The notes under the pieces: generated by a model
What the model was told of the DNA's origin: nothing
Databases searched by the model: none
Seen by the model: the letters and a program-made list of their open reading frames with translations, nothing else
Origin: Candidatus Bathyarchaeia archaeon
GTDB taxonomy: Archaea > Thermoproteota > Bathyarchaeia > 40CM-2-53-6 > DTGE01
Direction: 5' to 3'
NCBI GenBank assembly: GCA_038852285.1
Contig: JAWCKG010000005.1
Location: forward strand, 16,812 to 80,811
Length of the DNA stretch: 64,000 nucleotides
Part shown: in pieces, positions 45,391 to 53,987 of the stretch
Position numbering within the stretch: position 1 is the first letter of the stretch
How the letters are laid out: the number at the start of each line of letters is the position of its first letter
Position numbers and translations under genes: made by a program

Positions 45391-46572
45391 TCATCGATAC
45401 CCCCTTAACCCTGCTGCCAGCAAGATAAGAGCCGCCGAGAACATCGAAGTTAAGCTTAACATCAAAGTTGAGAAAGGCATAAGGACCGCCATAGAGCCGG
45501 CTATCGCCCTACCGATGGCCCCCCCTATGTCAGCTGAAGCCCACAGCGCCGCGATGGCCACGCTTAAATCCTCTGGGGGCTGGGTGTCGGTGAGCAGCGC
45601 TGAGGATGGTGGAACACGAATGCCCCAGGCGACACCGTATATCAGCATACCCAACGCTAAGTAGATGAAGCCGCGGGCCAGCGCCAGCGTGGTAAAGGCT
45701 AAGGCCGATAACGCGAAGCCGATCATCACAGGCTTCTTCCTACCAATTCTATCTGAGATCGAGCCTATCGGAATCCTCACCAAGGCGTTTAATCCTCCGA
45801 GTAGGGTGAATAGAACCGCGATGATGAATGGTGGCAAAAGCAGCTCGCGTGCCCCATATACGGGGAAGATGACTTGGAAAACTCCGTCGGCCACGAAGAA
45901 CATGACCGTGGCGAGGCAGAGAGTTGAAACTTCTCTGCGTTTAAGGATCTCAAAGAGGTGGAGCGCGGAGTCGAGTTTTGAGCCGTCTAAATTTCTCCAC
46001 CGGGTCTCCGTGGCCTTAAGCTCCCCGGAGGCTGCCAAAGCGGCGAGGGTGAGCAAACCTAAAGCTGGGAAAATTATGAGGGTGATGATAAGGGTTTTAA
46101 ACTCGAAGACTCTGAGGAGAACGCTTCCCAACGCTGGGCCGATGACCATGGCCATGCCGATGGAGAAGTAGTATCTACCTGAAACCATCCCTATCTTACC
46201 AGGAGGAGCTAGGTTAAGAGCCGTTGAGGCGATTATCGGACCGAAGGACGCGGAAGATAAACCGTACATAATGAGGATCGGCGCCAAGACGCGGGATGAT
46301 TTCGCTAGGTAGAGCAGTATGAAGGAGAGAATGTGGACAACGTAAGCGGATGATATGAACGGCCAGACTCTACGCTTCCTAGCCGCCACTCCGAAAGGAA
46401 CCTTCGTTAACAAGGTCGTCAGGGAGAGAGACCCCATGATCCATCCTACCTCCACTAATGAGGCCCCTAACTCCAAGGCGTACAGCGGGAATATTGGGGA
46501 AACAGCTTGCCAACCGACGAAGAAGGCGAATGACATCCATGTAATCACGTCTATACGTCTCCCCACGTCCAT
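45391..46572 (-). CDS. MFS transporter
   Basis: About 12 hydrophobic helices, 'PLYALELGAS', motif A 'GSISDRIGRK'. Confidence 0.88.
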   Translation of the reverse strand: MDVGRRIDVITWMSFAFFVGWQAVSPIFPLYALELGASLVEVGWIMGSLSLTTLLTKVPFGVAARKRRVWPFISSAYVVHILSFILLYLAKSSRVLAPILIMYGLSSASFGPIIASTALNLAPPGKIGMVSGRYYFSIGMAMVIGPALGSVLLRVFEFKTLIITLIIFPALGLLTLAALAASGELKATETRWRNLDGSKLDSALHLFEILKRREVSTLCLATVMFFVADGVFQVIFPVYGARELLLPPFIIAVLFTLLGGLNALVRIPIGSISDRIGRKKPVMIGFALSALAFTTLALARGFIYLALGMLIYGVAWGIRVPPSSALLTDTQPPEDLSVAIAALWASADIGGAIGRAIAGSMAVLMPFSTLMLSLTSMFSAALILLAAGLRGYR

Positions 46573-46913
46573 CTTTCAACCCTCTTTTCACTCAGCATTA
46601 GCCTGAAGGGTTAAAGAGCCTTGAAGGCGTAAGCCACCAACGCTTCCCATCCTGATCAGATGACACTCCAACTACATCCTTCCTCGACTGGAAACCCCTA
46701 TGCCCGTCGGCAAGGTAGCCGTGATATTTCAACATATCTAATCCATTTAATAGGCGTATGGTTGAACCGGAAAATATAAGGCTCATGCTTCGATGATTCG
46801 CATCGACCTGGAATGATTCGACGTTGATGAGGGCTTGGTGGGTTTGCATTGAAGAAGTGGTTTAATAAGCCAGCTCATCGTTTAATGTTAGCTGTGAAAG
46901 GAGGGTTTAACAT

Positions 46914-47474
46914 ATGCCCATTATGCGAAGTAAGGATTGTGAGCTTGAAGGCTTGATGGACACCGCTAGACTCATGATGGTTGCGGCGAGAACTGCCCCT
47001 AAGTCCGGCGGCGTGGACGATGTGGAAACCGTCCTCCTCTACGGTGAAGAAAAAGATAAGTTGGCGGTTGAAATGGAGCGGATAGGGGAGGAGAGAAATA
47101 AACCTGGATTTCTCAGGGATGCGAAAAATGTGAGGGATTCAGACGTGGTGGTATTGATTGGAGTAGACGCTGCTAGAAGCTTCGGTTTAAACTGCGGGGC
47201 CTGCGGCTACACCACGTGTAAGGAGTTTGACGAAGCTGTTAGAAAAAGGGGTCTTGACTTCGAAGGCCCTTCATGCACATTTAAGGTACTAGATCTGGGA
47301 ATAGCTCTCGGCTCATCCGTTAAAACGGCAAGCCTTCTCGATGTTGATAACAGGATCATGTACCGAATCGCAGCGGCCGCTCATAGACTAGGGTTCCTAG
47401 AGAAATCCACATTATCCATGGGGATCCCCCTTTCAGCGAAGGGAAAAAACATATACTTTGACAGAAAAGCATAA
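46914..47474 (+). CDS. DUF2148 ferredoxin-domain/nitroreductase-like protein
   Basis: 'AARTAPKSGGVD', 'RDA.NV', 'NCGACGY..C', 'DLGIALGS', 'DNRIMY', 'KNIYFDR'. Confidence 0.82.
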   Translation: MPIMRSKDCELEGLMDTARLMMVAARTAPKSGGVDDVETVLLYGEEKDKLAVEMERIGEERNKPGFLRDAKNVRDSDVVVLIGVDAARSFGLNCGACGYTTCKEFDEAVRKRGLDFEGPSCTFKVLDLGIALGSSVKTASLLDVDNRIMYRIAAAAHRLGFLEKSTLSMGIPLSAKGKNIYFDRKA

Positions 47475-47751
47475 ACAAATCCCTCCCATTTTTTAATGAT
47501 AAATTTACAGCCCATCAGAAATATTATGATCATTGGAACAGGCGTAGCAGTGTACATGGATTGAATGGTCTGGTTATGAGTGGTCTCAAATTTGTTGATT
47601 ATGAAAAATAAAACGGGTATTTTTCTAGATATTCGAGAGGAAGGTTATCATTATAATTACTGTCAGTTATTGGAAATAAAACTTGGGAAGAGATGGATGA
47701 TCTTAAATGTGGAATCGGTGCTTTATAATCGATGATTTTCAGTGTTTACGT

Positions 47752-47979
47752 CTACTTTGGCGCAGGGGCTTGTTCCCCCGGCTTTGGCTTCGCCTTTCTT
47801 ACTCTGCGTTTTCTCGGAACCGCGCGCCCCCTTCTCCTAGTGGGCTGGTTGATAATGGATAAGACTAGCTCTCGAATTTTTCCGCTCATATCACCTGGCA
47901 GCGCGTTTACGCCGTTCCTTAACTCCTCAGCTAGAGCCAGAAGCTTCGCGGCAGACCTAGTCCCTACTTTTCTCGACAT
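47752..47979 (-). CDS. Small highly basic hypothetical protein, 75 aa
   Basis: A GC-richer ORF inside AT-rich DNA, with TATA-like sequence just upstream and an Arg/Lys-rich tail. Confidence 0.5.
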   Translation of the reverse strand: MSRKVGTRSAAKLLALAEELRNGVNALPGDMSGKIRELVLSIINQPTRRRGRAVPRKRRVRKAKPKPGEQAPAPK

Positions 47980-48896
47980 AAATCATCAAAATGTTTTATA
48001 TATTTGGTCTAATAAATAAAGCTTTCTCATCTTAAACAATGGAGTTCATGCTTCTCATAAAACTCGTTTTGTGTTAAGTACAAATTAAAGAAGGAATATG
48101 ATAGATACGTTGCAAATACATATGATTTGAGAAATACTGGTTAAAGAGGACCATTACCTTACTTGAAAAATAACGCTTTCATTAAACCTGAAAAGAATTA
48201 AAAATAGTAGTACATTTTAAGATAGTTTAGAGAAGTGTTAAATTCTGTTTCTGTTTAATAATTCATTCATCGGTTATAGACGTCTATGTCTTGAGGGACT
48301 AGTGTTATGTGGAATGATGCTAGGAGCGGTTTGAAAAATTTTTAGCTGACGATTCAAAGAACTATTCTAATCTGTAAAAGATGTGACTCAATTGTTTATT
48401 TGACGAAGTAAATTAGGTTTGCTTTCAACTACTAGGGCTATGCTGATTACACTCCACACCCTAGATCCGTTTCGCTCCGTCAGGCTAAACTGACTGGATT
48501 CTAATCTTCACAAGCTTCTATAGACTTCTTAAATATTGATTTAAGCCATCTAACCTTATCTTTAACCATTTTAAAATTTTAGTTAACACAGAGCCATACG
48601 TCGACATTGTGCTGATTTATATTAAATGCGACTTACATATCGACGCATGTCAAATTAATGTGATACGCAGAAAACCTGAAATTGACGTTATAAAAATTCA
48701 ATGACCAAAAATTAAGACGTTAATTAACATCCTCACGGGCTGGTGTGTATAGCTTTTCACAAACCTATTCCATCTTTTTCCAAGCCATAAGGATAGGGTG
48801 AGGGATTCAATGCGTCCCACACCTTTTCTATGAAGCTGATAAAACCATCTAAGAGAAGACTACGATTTAGAATGTTATAGACCTTAAGATTAAGAA

Positions 48897-48903
48897 TTTA
48901 AAT
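48897..48903 (+). promoter_or_regulatory. TATA box of the tRNA-Leu gene
   Basis: AAGAA-TTTAAAT ending 28 nt before the tRNA 5' end. Confidence 0.55.
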
Positions 48904-48931
48904 GGGAGGTGCGTGAAATCAATATGAATAT

Positions 48932-49035
48932 GCGGGGGTTGCCAAGTCAGGTCAAAGGCGCAGGGCTTAGGACCTACATCAACGTAGGAAACCCTGTCCC
49001 GAAGGGGTTCGTGGGTTCGAATCCCACCCCCCGCA
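48932..49035 (+). tRNA. trnL-TAG: tRNA-Leu(UAG) with a 19-nt intron at canonical position 37/38 (48972-48990)
   Basis: Acceptor GCGGGGG/CCCCCGC+A, anticodon stem CAGGG/CCCTG with CT-TAG-G|A, long variable arm, T-arm GTGGG-TTCGAAT-CCCAC. CCA is not encoded. Splice helix CTTA/TAGG with bulges GG|A and AA|A. Confidence 0.95.
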
Positions 49036-49053
49036 CTTTTGCGTTTACTTTTA

Positions 49054-49617
49054 TTATCGTATGGAGAATATGATAAAATATTGTTCCGGTAAGAAGTCAA
49101 ACTCCTCCTTTAATTGGTATCTAGCTTTATGCATCTCGCCCTAATGACTTCCTTTGGAACAAAATGCCTAAACATTCTATTAAAACTGAATCCACCATCA
49201 CTTCTAACTCTATGATGGCGATTCCTCCGTTTGGTTTCGACTTGTCTCTCAATTTTCTAAAATAGTATACCCGATTTGGCAAATGATGATTAACGTTTCG
49301 CATAAAGACTAAATCTAGGCTCCTTCTAGGTAGAGGTAACTCATCTTTCGAGATAAGGATCGTTTCAACGTTATCTAAGCTTTTTATTTGGCTTTATCCT
49401 TGATAAATTCTAGAAATCCGGGATCTGTGCCAACCGAAAACACTTGGCCTTTTCTCCCGACTGTATTTGTAAACCGTGTAGAATAATATCCGCCTCCAGC
49501 TTCAATGTCAGCCACTATTTGTACTGACTGCGATATGAGTGCTTCCAATATCTCATCAGGTTTGTTTTTGAGGTCAGACGCTTTCCTATTAAACATCTCT
49601 GCCTTAAGATTTCTCAT
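49054..49617 (-). pseudogene. Class I SAM-dependent methyltransferase pseudogene
   Basis: 'VADIEAGGGYY', then a stop/frameshift, 'SLDNVETIL...LDLVFMRNVNHHL', further shifts, and finally 'EEFDFLPEQYFIIF'. Confidence 0.8.
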
Positions 49618-49765
49618 TCTCTACATATCTCATCAACAATTCTGAATGTTCATAATTTTAAGTATTCATTGGAAACAAAAAAGGACTTTATCTTAACATC
49701 TTTGTTTGGGTAAAAACGAGAATTTAAACCATTTTAAAACCAAATAGCCTCTATTAGGAACAATT

Positions 49766-49980
49766 GTGTCTTTGCGCCTCAGCTTGTATAAGGCTCATAA
49801 GGCAGTTTTAGATGGAGAGCATGTTCAGCCCAAGTTCATCGATTCAGGCATATACGTCGTTGTAAAGCATCCAATGTACCTTGGAACCTTACTCTTTTGC
49901 CCATCATTTCTACTCATAAGCCTCCCGCTTCTTTCAACAGGCATCTGAGTCGTGTTCTTCACAACGCTCGAAAAGACTTA
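49766..49980 (+). pseudogene. Isoprenylcysteine carboxyl methyltransferase (ICMT/PEMT)-family fragment
   Basis: 'IDSGIYVVVKHPMYLG' resembles the family motif G.Y..VRHP.Y.G. Premature stop, N-terminus missing. Confidence 0.65.
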
Positions 49981-50063
49981 GCTGACATAATTAGAGGAAG
50001 TCTCTTTAAGTTAAAAGTACATCAAACATTATCCTATACAGTTATTTAGGCGGAAGAAGAAGG

Positions 50064-50498
50064 TTAGACCTTCTCTGCTTCTATCTGAGCAAGCTTATAT
50101 TTTGCTTTCAGAAGCTTCGAATAAAGGGCTGATACCTTGGCAGCGTTCTTGCTTAATAGGGCCTTAAGAAGGTCCCCTTCAATCTCGGCTACTTCTAACC
50201 GTTGATAATAGTCCAGTGTTTCTTTGAAGTGGGCTAATACGATTTTACCTGTCAGGATTGGATGATTGTTTGTGACGTTAGCCTCTGGAAAGCGCATCCC
50301 ATGCTCAAATTCGACTTCTAATCCAATCCGAAAATTCTCAACGGATATTTCCATGCCGCTTGTTTCAATTTCCGCCAAGATTTTCTTGGCCTCATCGATC
50401 GTAACCTCAGCCTTTTCCAGATAGGTCCAATCCCTAATTCCAAGTTTCTTGCAAACATTTTGAACTTCTTCAATTGAAACGTACTCTGGAAGCTTCAT
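50064..50498 (-). CDS. DUF5661-like protein
   Basis: 'FRIGLEVEFEHG', 'NVTNNHPILTGKIVLAHFKE..DYYQRL'. Confidence 0.7.
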   Translation of the reverse strand: MKLPEYVSIEEVQNVCKKLGIRDWTYLEKAEVTIDEAKKILAEIETSGMEISVENFRIGLEVEFEHGMRFPEANVTNNHPILTGKIVLAHFKETLDYYQRLEVAEIEGDLLKALLSKNAAKVSALYSKLLKAKYKLAQIEAEKV

Positions 50499-50809
50499 AT
50501 AGTTTCACAACCCTACAGAAATAAACAGCGATGAAATAGGATTTATGCTTATCGACCTCAAGGTACATATAATCGTAGGATCATTTTCTCAGACTACGAG
50601 GCCTAAAACTTTTCTTCTTCTGGAAATCTTCCGTTGACGTCTATTTAATTAACCATTCGTCAAATGTATTAAAATTTTAATGTGTTAGGGTTTCTTGAAT
50701 CGCGATTCCTATGAAATTTCGGGCGAATAGATTGGGGCATGGAACCCAACATCGCCATCGATTAGGTTGAAGAAAAGGTTATTATATTGGGGGTCTAAGG
50801 TTAAGCTCG

Positions 50810-51214
50810 GTGACCGGAATGGTTGAGGAGAAGCCCACAACCGCTTATATACTCTCCTTGATAGGGGGAGTCATGATCTTGGTAGGTGGCTTAAGCACAG
50901 TTGCCGTGATGGGAATGTGGCGGTGGGGCATGATGCATGGATGGAACCTCAGGTTTGCTCCAACAGTGATCGATAGATGGACTTTCATACCGATGATGTT
51001 CACCATCTTAGGTTTGTTCGGAGCGATCTGCGGCATCATAGTCATCGTGGGATCTCATATGCTTAAATCACGTCCTGAGGAGCATTTCAAATGGGGGACA
51101 ATGATCCTTATATTCTCGGTGCTGAGCATCTTTGGAGGGGTGGGTGGTTTTGTAGTTGGGCTAATCCTAGGAGTTGTAGGGGGAGCATTGGCTATTTCTT
51201 GGAAGCCAAGGTAA
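50810..51214 (+). CDS. Small Gly-rich membrane protein (four TM, DUF6114/DUF4064-like)
   Basis: 'EKPTTAYILSLIGG', 'WGTMILIFSVLS', 'GGFVVGLILGVVGGAL'. The start is probably the ATG at 50819. Confidence 0.7.
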   Translation: MTGMVEEKPTTAYILSLIGGVMILVGGLSTVAVMGMWRWGMMHGWNLRFAPTVIDRWTFIPMMFTILGLFGAICGIIVIVGSHMLKSRPEEHFKWGTMILIFSVLSIFGGVGGFVVGLILGVVGGALAISWKPR

Positions 51215-51289
51215 ACTCAACGGAACCTTCTCTAGGTTAGGAAGATTTCGCAACTAGACAAGCCTTGCGTAAAACTTAGAGCTTTGATT

Positions 51290-51700
51290 ATGCGAATTCC
51301 CCTTAACGATTTACCTTCTTCCATCTTATCTCGGAAACATCCCCTCATCGTACCGGAAAGGCCGTTTCCTTGGCATACCAGGGTCCATAGTAGGCTCAGG
51401 CCATTTTAGTCGCAGGCATTTATCTAGTCATGGCAGGTCGGACAAAGATATATACGGTTCAAGGGCGACACGTTGTCGAGGGGCATAGGAGCGTGTAAGA
51501 CAACCTCAGTGCTTAGGGTTCATCCTGCTGACACTGGAATGGCTGATCCATCGGCCAACTTTTATCACCGCGATTCTGTGGCCAAATCTAACGTTTTCAT
51601 ATTATGGATTGCTGTGAAGGAGGAGGATTAATATCCCATACTTGGTGAAGGTTACGAAAAATACGTTAGGAATGTACGGACGTTCATACCTAGAATAGGG
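51290..51700 (+). pseudogene. Second ICMT-family methyltransferase pseudogene
   Basis: Fragments in different frames: 'FPLTIYLL', 'YLVMAGRTKIY', 'VRQPQCLGFILLTLEWLIHRPT...WP', 'EED*...GEGYEKYVRNVRTFIPR'. Confidence 0.7.
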
Positions 51701-51831
51701 GGTCAGCCCCTCTCTGCAGAGCCCCTAGGAGCACCGCATGAAGAAGTGCTCCTTCATGGAAGAGAATGTGTTATTTTAGACTAATTTCCACGTTGTTTGG
51801 GTTGCTATGAATATGAGCCTTATTGCGCAAA

Positions 51832-51866
51832 CCTTTTAAAAAAACTCTATCAACTTTATAGTTGAT
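51832..51866 (+). promoter_or_regulatory. TATA-like box plus palindromic operator candidate of the acd-pad operon
   Basis: CCTTTTAAAA (51832-51841), then a perfect inverted repeat ATCAACT-ttat-AGTTGAT (51849-51866) overlapping the start region. Confidence 0.5.
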
Positions 51867-53250
51867 GCCTATGGTTGAAATTAAGGAGAAATTGGAACCT
51901 TTTTTTAACCCGAGCTCCGTGGCAATAATAGGCGCTACTACTAGAACTGGGGCCGGCGCGTTCAACGTTATGGAGAACATGATACGGTTTGGCTACGAGG
52001 GCGAAATTTACCCAGTGAACCCGAGGTATGAGGAGGTTCTAGGAAGGAAGTGCTATAAGGACATTAAGGACGTCGATGGAAAGGTGGATCTTGCTTTAAT
52101 AGCCATTCCTAGGCACATAGTCCCCGGCGTTGTGAAGGACTGCGCGACAAAGAGTATAAACTCGGTCATAATCGTGAGTCAAGGATTCGCGGAGGTTGGA
52201 GGGGAAGGCAAGAAGTTTCAAGATGAAATTGTAGAGACGGCGAAGAAAACTGGAATGAGAATATTGGGTCCGAACACTTTAGGAACCCATAACTTCTTCG
52301 ACAACTTCACATCTTCGTTCATACCCCTTAAGAAGAGGGATTATGAGCCCATCGGCATCATCTGTCAGACCGGGCTCTTCTTCGCCGGGTTCCCCAGGTT
52401 TAGGTACGGAAAGGCCGTAGATGTGGGAGGATGCTGCGATATAGACCCAGTAGACATGGTCAGATATTACGCTGAGGATCCAAACATAAAGCAGATTTTC
52501 GTCCATATGGAAGGCCTTCGGCCGGGTCGAGGCAGAGACTTCCTCGAGGCCGCTAGGGAAGCGAAGGGTAGGGGAAAAGACCTCATCGTTATGAAGGTCG
52601 GGGAAACTGAAACTGGGAAAAAGGCGATAATATCCCATACCGGCTCACTAGCTGTAGAGGATAGGGTGTTCGAAGGAGCTTTACGGCAAGTTGAGGTTCC
52701 ACGCGTTAGGGATTATACCGAGCTGCAAACAGTCAGCCACGCCTTACTTAAGCTTCCTAAGATGAGGGGGAACAGGTTAGCGATGCTGACGCATCATGGA
52801 GCCTCAGGCGTGATGGCGGTGGACGCAGCGGAAGAGTTTGGTTTAAAGTTCGCTGAACTGTCGGAGGAGACAAAGAAGGCTGTACAGGAGCTTTCACCAG
52901 CATGGCTTCCAATCGGAAACCCAATAGACATCTGGCCTGGGTTAATGGGGGGGCCTGAAAAGATGCATGAAACTGCCCTTAAAGCCGTCTTGGAGGATAA
53001 AAACGTGGACGGTGTACTCCTCTCCATTCATATAGCTGACTACAGCCCCTGGCCGATTGGAACCTACGGCCACATCGAAGCCCTCAGAAAGCTTGCTCCC
53101 CAGTACGATAAGCCAGTGATCGTGGTGCCAATAGGCACGGAGCAGGAGGGCACAAGAAGAGGTCTGGAGGAGGTTAAAAACGTGGCGGTGTTTGACAACA
53201 TAAGGGACGCTTTTAAGGCGTTCTCAGCATTAGCGCCCCCTGAGGTTTAG
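51862..53250 (+). CDS. acdA: ADP-forming acyl-CoA synthetase alpha subunit (divergent, possibly aryl-specific)
   Basis: 'VAIIGA', 'YPVNP', 'ILGPNTLG', phospho-His 'SHTGSLA', 'NPID'. The usual SQSG is 'CQTG'. The start may be ATG 51865 or 51871. Confidence 0.9.
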   Translation: MMPMVEIKEKLEPFFNPSSVAIIGATTRTGAGAFNVMENMIRFGYEGEIYPVNPRYEEVLGRKCYKDIKDVDGKVDLALIAIPRHIVPGVVKDCATKSINSVIIVSQGFAEVGGEGKKFQDEIVETAKKTGMRILGPNTLGTHNFFDNFTSSFIPLKKRDYEPIGIICQTGLFFAGFPRFRYGKAVDVGGCCDIDPVDMVRYYAEDPNIKQIFVHMEGLRPGRGRDFLEAAREAKGRGKDLIVMKVGETETGKKAIISHTGSLAVEDRVFEGALRQVEVPRVRDYTELQTVSHALLKLPKMRGNRLAMLTHHGASGVMAVDAAEEFGLKFAELSEETKKAVQELSPAWLPIGNPIDIWPGLMGGPEKMHETALKAVLEDKNVDGVLLSIHIADYSPWPIGTYGHIEALRKLAPQYDKPVIVVPIGTEQEGTRRGLEEVKNVAVFDNIRDAFKAFSALAPPEV

Positions 53251-53251
53251 G

Positions 53252-53986
53252 GTGAGGAGGATGAGGTCCAAGATTTTACAGGAGCTTTCAGCGAAGGGGG
53301 TAGAGCTCCTCAGCGAATATGAGGCTAGAATCATCCTTCAAGAATATGGCATCCCATGCCCCAAGGAGGTGATGGTCGATTACCGAGAGGGAGAGAAGGG
53401 CTCAGAGTACTTAAGAGAGCTCAAAAAGATTGAAGAATGGCCGGGGTATCCGCTGTTTTTCAAAGTGGTGTCCCGCGACATAAAGTCAGCTACAGACGCT
53501 AACGCGATAAGGAGGGCCACCTCGGATGTCGAGGCCGCCCCTCTAATAGACGCGATTATAAGCAACGCAAAAAAGTATAAAGAAGGCATAAAAATTGAGG
53601 GGATTCTGGCCAGCGAAGACGTTTCCACCCATGAAACCCGAGAGATGCTCATCGGGTCCACGGTTAACGAGCAGTTCGGCCACCTCATCTCCCTAGGATT
53701 CGGGGGCGTTTACGTAGAAGTTTACAGAGACGTGGAGTTTAGAGTAATCCCCATCAAGGAACTGGACGTCCACAACATGATCAAGCATTTAAGAGGAAGA
53801 GAGTTGCTTGGAGCGTTCAGAACGGCGAGACCTGTGGACTTGAGGTTGCTTGTTGACACCGTTCTTAAAGTTTCGAAGATGGTTGAGGAAAACCCTGAGA
53901 TAGTTGAGCTAGACATAAATCCCTTGATCGTTGGCCCCGACCGAGCTGTAGCCGTGGACACGTTGATCAGGATGCGGGCGAAGTAG
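53252..53986 (+). CDS. acdB: ADP-forming acyl-CoA synthetase beta subunit (ATP-grasp)
   Basis: 'LSEYEAR.IL..YGIP', 'GYPLFFKVVS', 'QFGH...GFGG.YVE...DV.FR', 'ELDINP'. Confidence 0.88.
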   Translation: MRRMRSKILQELSAKGVELLSEYEARIILQEYGIPCPKEVMVDYREGEKGSEYLRELKKIEEWPGYPLFFKVVSRDIKSATDANAIRRATSDVEAAPLIDAIISNAKKYKEGIKIEGILASEDVSTHETREMLIGSTVNEQFGHLISLGFGGVYVEVYRDVEFRVIPIKELDVHNMIKHLRGRELLGAFRTARPVDLRLLVDTVLKVSKMVEENPEIVELDINPLIVGPDRAVAVDTLIRMRAK

Positions 53987-53987
53987 C

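Noticed and set aside
47480..48930. Replication origin in the long AT-rich stretch
   Set aside because: No repeated ORB-like motifs seen and no cdc6/orc1 gene nearby.
48867..49100. 77-aa minus-strand ORF
   Set aside because: It is the antisense shadow of the tRNA-Leu gene.
50720..50760. Fluoride riboswitch (GGCGATG on the minus strand)
   Set aside because: Only a simple hairpin; the rest of the consensus is missing and no fluoride-related gene follows.
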